DNA of 24,077 nt from the NCBI GenBank assembly GCA_964551725.1, contig CAZKED010000020.1:1-24077 (forward strand), written 5' to 3'. This document shows positions 23,278 through 24,077 of the stretch, piece by piece. A model generated the notes under the pieces. It was not told the DNA's origin and ran no database searches. It worked only from the letters and a program-made list of their open reading frames with translations. A program made the position numbers and the translations under genes. How positions within the stretch are numbered: position 1 is the first letter of the stretch; the number at the start of each line of letters is the position of its first letter. The stretch comes from an uncultured archaeon. Its GTDB lineage: Archaea; Iainarchaeota; Iainarchaeia; Iainarchaeales; DTGL01.

Positions 23278-24077
23278 ATGGAGGAGGGCACTTTCAGGCT
23301 GCTGGTTTTTGCCGCTATAGCCATAGCATTAATAGCCCTTATTTTCCTGCTTTTCCCGCCATTGCCCGAAAGCACTGAAACGGAAAAAATAGAGGCGCTG
23401 TTCCAGGGCTCGGAAATAAACGTGGGAAAGTATTCCACCGAAGAAATCCTGTTCAGCGAGGGGTATTACGCCAAAGCGGAGTACTTTGACACTATAAACC
23501 GGACAGTGGCATTCCAGTGCTTTGACCTGAGCAACTGCTGTGAGAAGGAAATGCTGGGCAAGCTGTGCAGCAAGCCTGTGCAGTGGGGTTCGAGGTTCTT
23601 TCTTGTAACGCGGCAGACGAAACTCAAATTTTCCACGAGGTGCAGAGAGGAAACATTCTTCATATGCAGGGGATTTATAGGGCTTGAACCGGGGCAGATT
23701 GAAATAACAGAGTACTCTGTCGAACCGCAACAAACAGGAAAAGGAGAAAAAATTTCAGTGAATGCAAAACTGCGGAATTCCGGCGGAACGGACATTATCG
23801 GAGTGCAGGGAACAATACTTCTGCTCAGGGAAAAAGAGGGTGAGAAAGAAAAAGAGGAAAAAAGGAAAATCTCGCTGGAAAAATTCCCGCTCTATCTCGG
23901 AAAAGAAGTTGAAGTTGAAAAGGAGATTGAAGTGAGCGAAGCCGGGGAATACGAGGTTGTAATTTACTTCGAGGAAATTACAGATCCAACCGACTACGCG
24001 GAAGAAAAGGCGTACGTGGAAGTAAGCGGGGAAGTAACGGCAGGAGAATGCAACGCAGGAGAAAAAAGCATCGAGTG
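23278..24077 (+). CDS. Membrane-anchored Cys-rich extracellular protein with CARDB/Ig-like domain; truncated at window end
   Basis: Not in the ORF track; translated by hand. MEEGTFRLLVFAAIAIALIALIFLLFPP (TM/signal), FQCFDLSNCCEKEMLGKLCSK...TRCREETFFICRG, then GEKISVNAKLRNSGG...AGEYEVVIYF. The frame is open to the end of the window. Confidence 0.75.
   Translation, partial: MEEGTFRLLVFAAIAIALIALIFLLFPPLPESTETEKIEALFQGSEINVGKYSTEEILFSEGYYAKAEYFDTINRTVAFQCFDLSNCCEKEMLGKLCSKPVQWGSRFFLVTRQTKLKFSTRCREETFFICRGFIGLEPGQIEITEYSVEPQQTGKGEKISVNAKLRNSGGTDIIGVQGTILLLREKEGEKEKEEKRKISLEKFPLYLGKEVEVEKEIEVSEAGEYEVVIYFEEITDPTDYAEEKAYVEVSGEVTAGECNAGEKSIE

Noticed and set aside
23223-23795. Minus-strand ORFs 23223-23438, 23329-23733 and 23466-23795
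   Set aside because: Antisense to the open + strand gene starting at 23278.

Overview
Gene-dense archaeal chromosomal window. Archaeal markers include Pus10, archaeal DtdA, archaeal HMG-CoA synthase/thiolase/DUF35, TATA-box promoters and leaderless starts. The K/E-rich proteins and compact layout suggest a DPANN lineage such as Iainarchaeota/Diapherotrites, but that assignment is inference. The centrepiece is a 12-gene, ~10.8-kb, tightly coupled + strand operon (11529-22354) encoding the entire archaeal (Aeropyrum/Methanosarcina-type, anhydromevalonate-phosphate) mevalonate pathway from acetyl-CoA to DMAPP: class II HMG-CoA reductase, HMG-CoA synthase, thiolase, DUF35 scaffold, mevalonate kinase, UbiX, UbiD-family decarboxylase, both aconitase-X phosphomevalonate dehydratase subunits, isopentenyl phosphate kinase and IDI-2. 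It also contains one gene that no known version of the pathway requires: a HAD phosphatase between ipk and fni, a candidate DMAPP-to-DMAP supplier for prFMN synthesis. The left half carries a transglutaminase-like protein lacking the catalytic Cys, a histone-H1-like basic protein, bacterial-type coaE-coaD, a candidate hairpin ncRNA, a coiled-coil protein, a trans-prenyltransferase with atypical chain-length residues, pus10, ppdK, a 42-aa membrane microprotein missed by the ORF track, minD and a tandem-domain thyX. dtdA and a truncated Cys-rich surface protein close the window. No tRNA, rRNA, CRISPR array or mobile element was seen. All calls are from motif recognition by eye; no searches were run.
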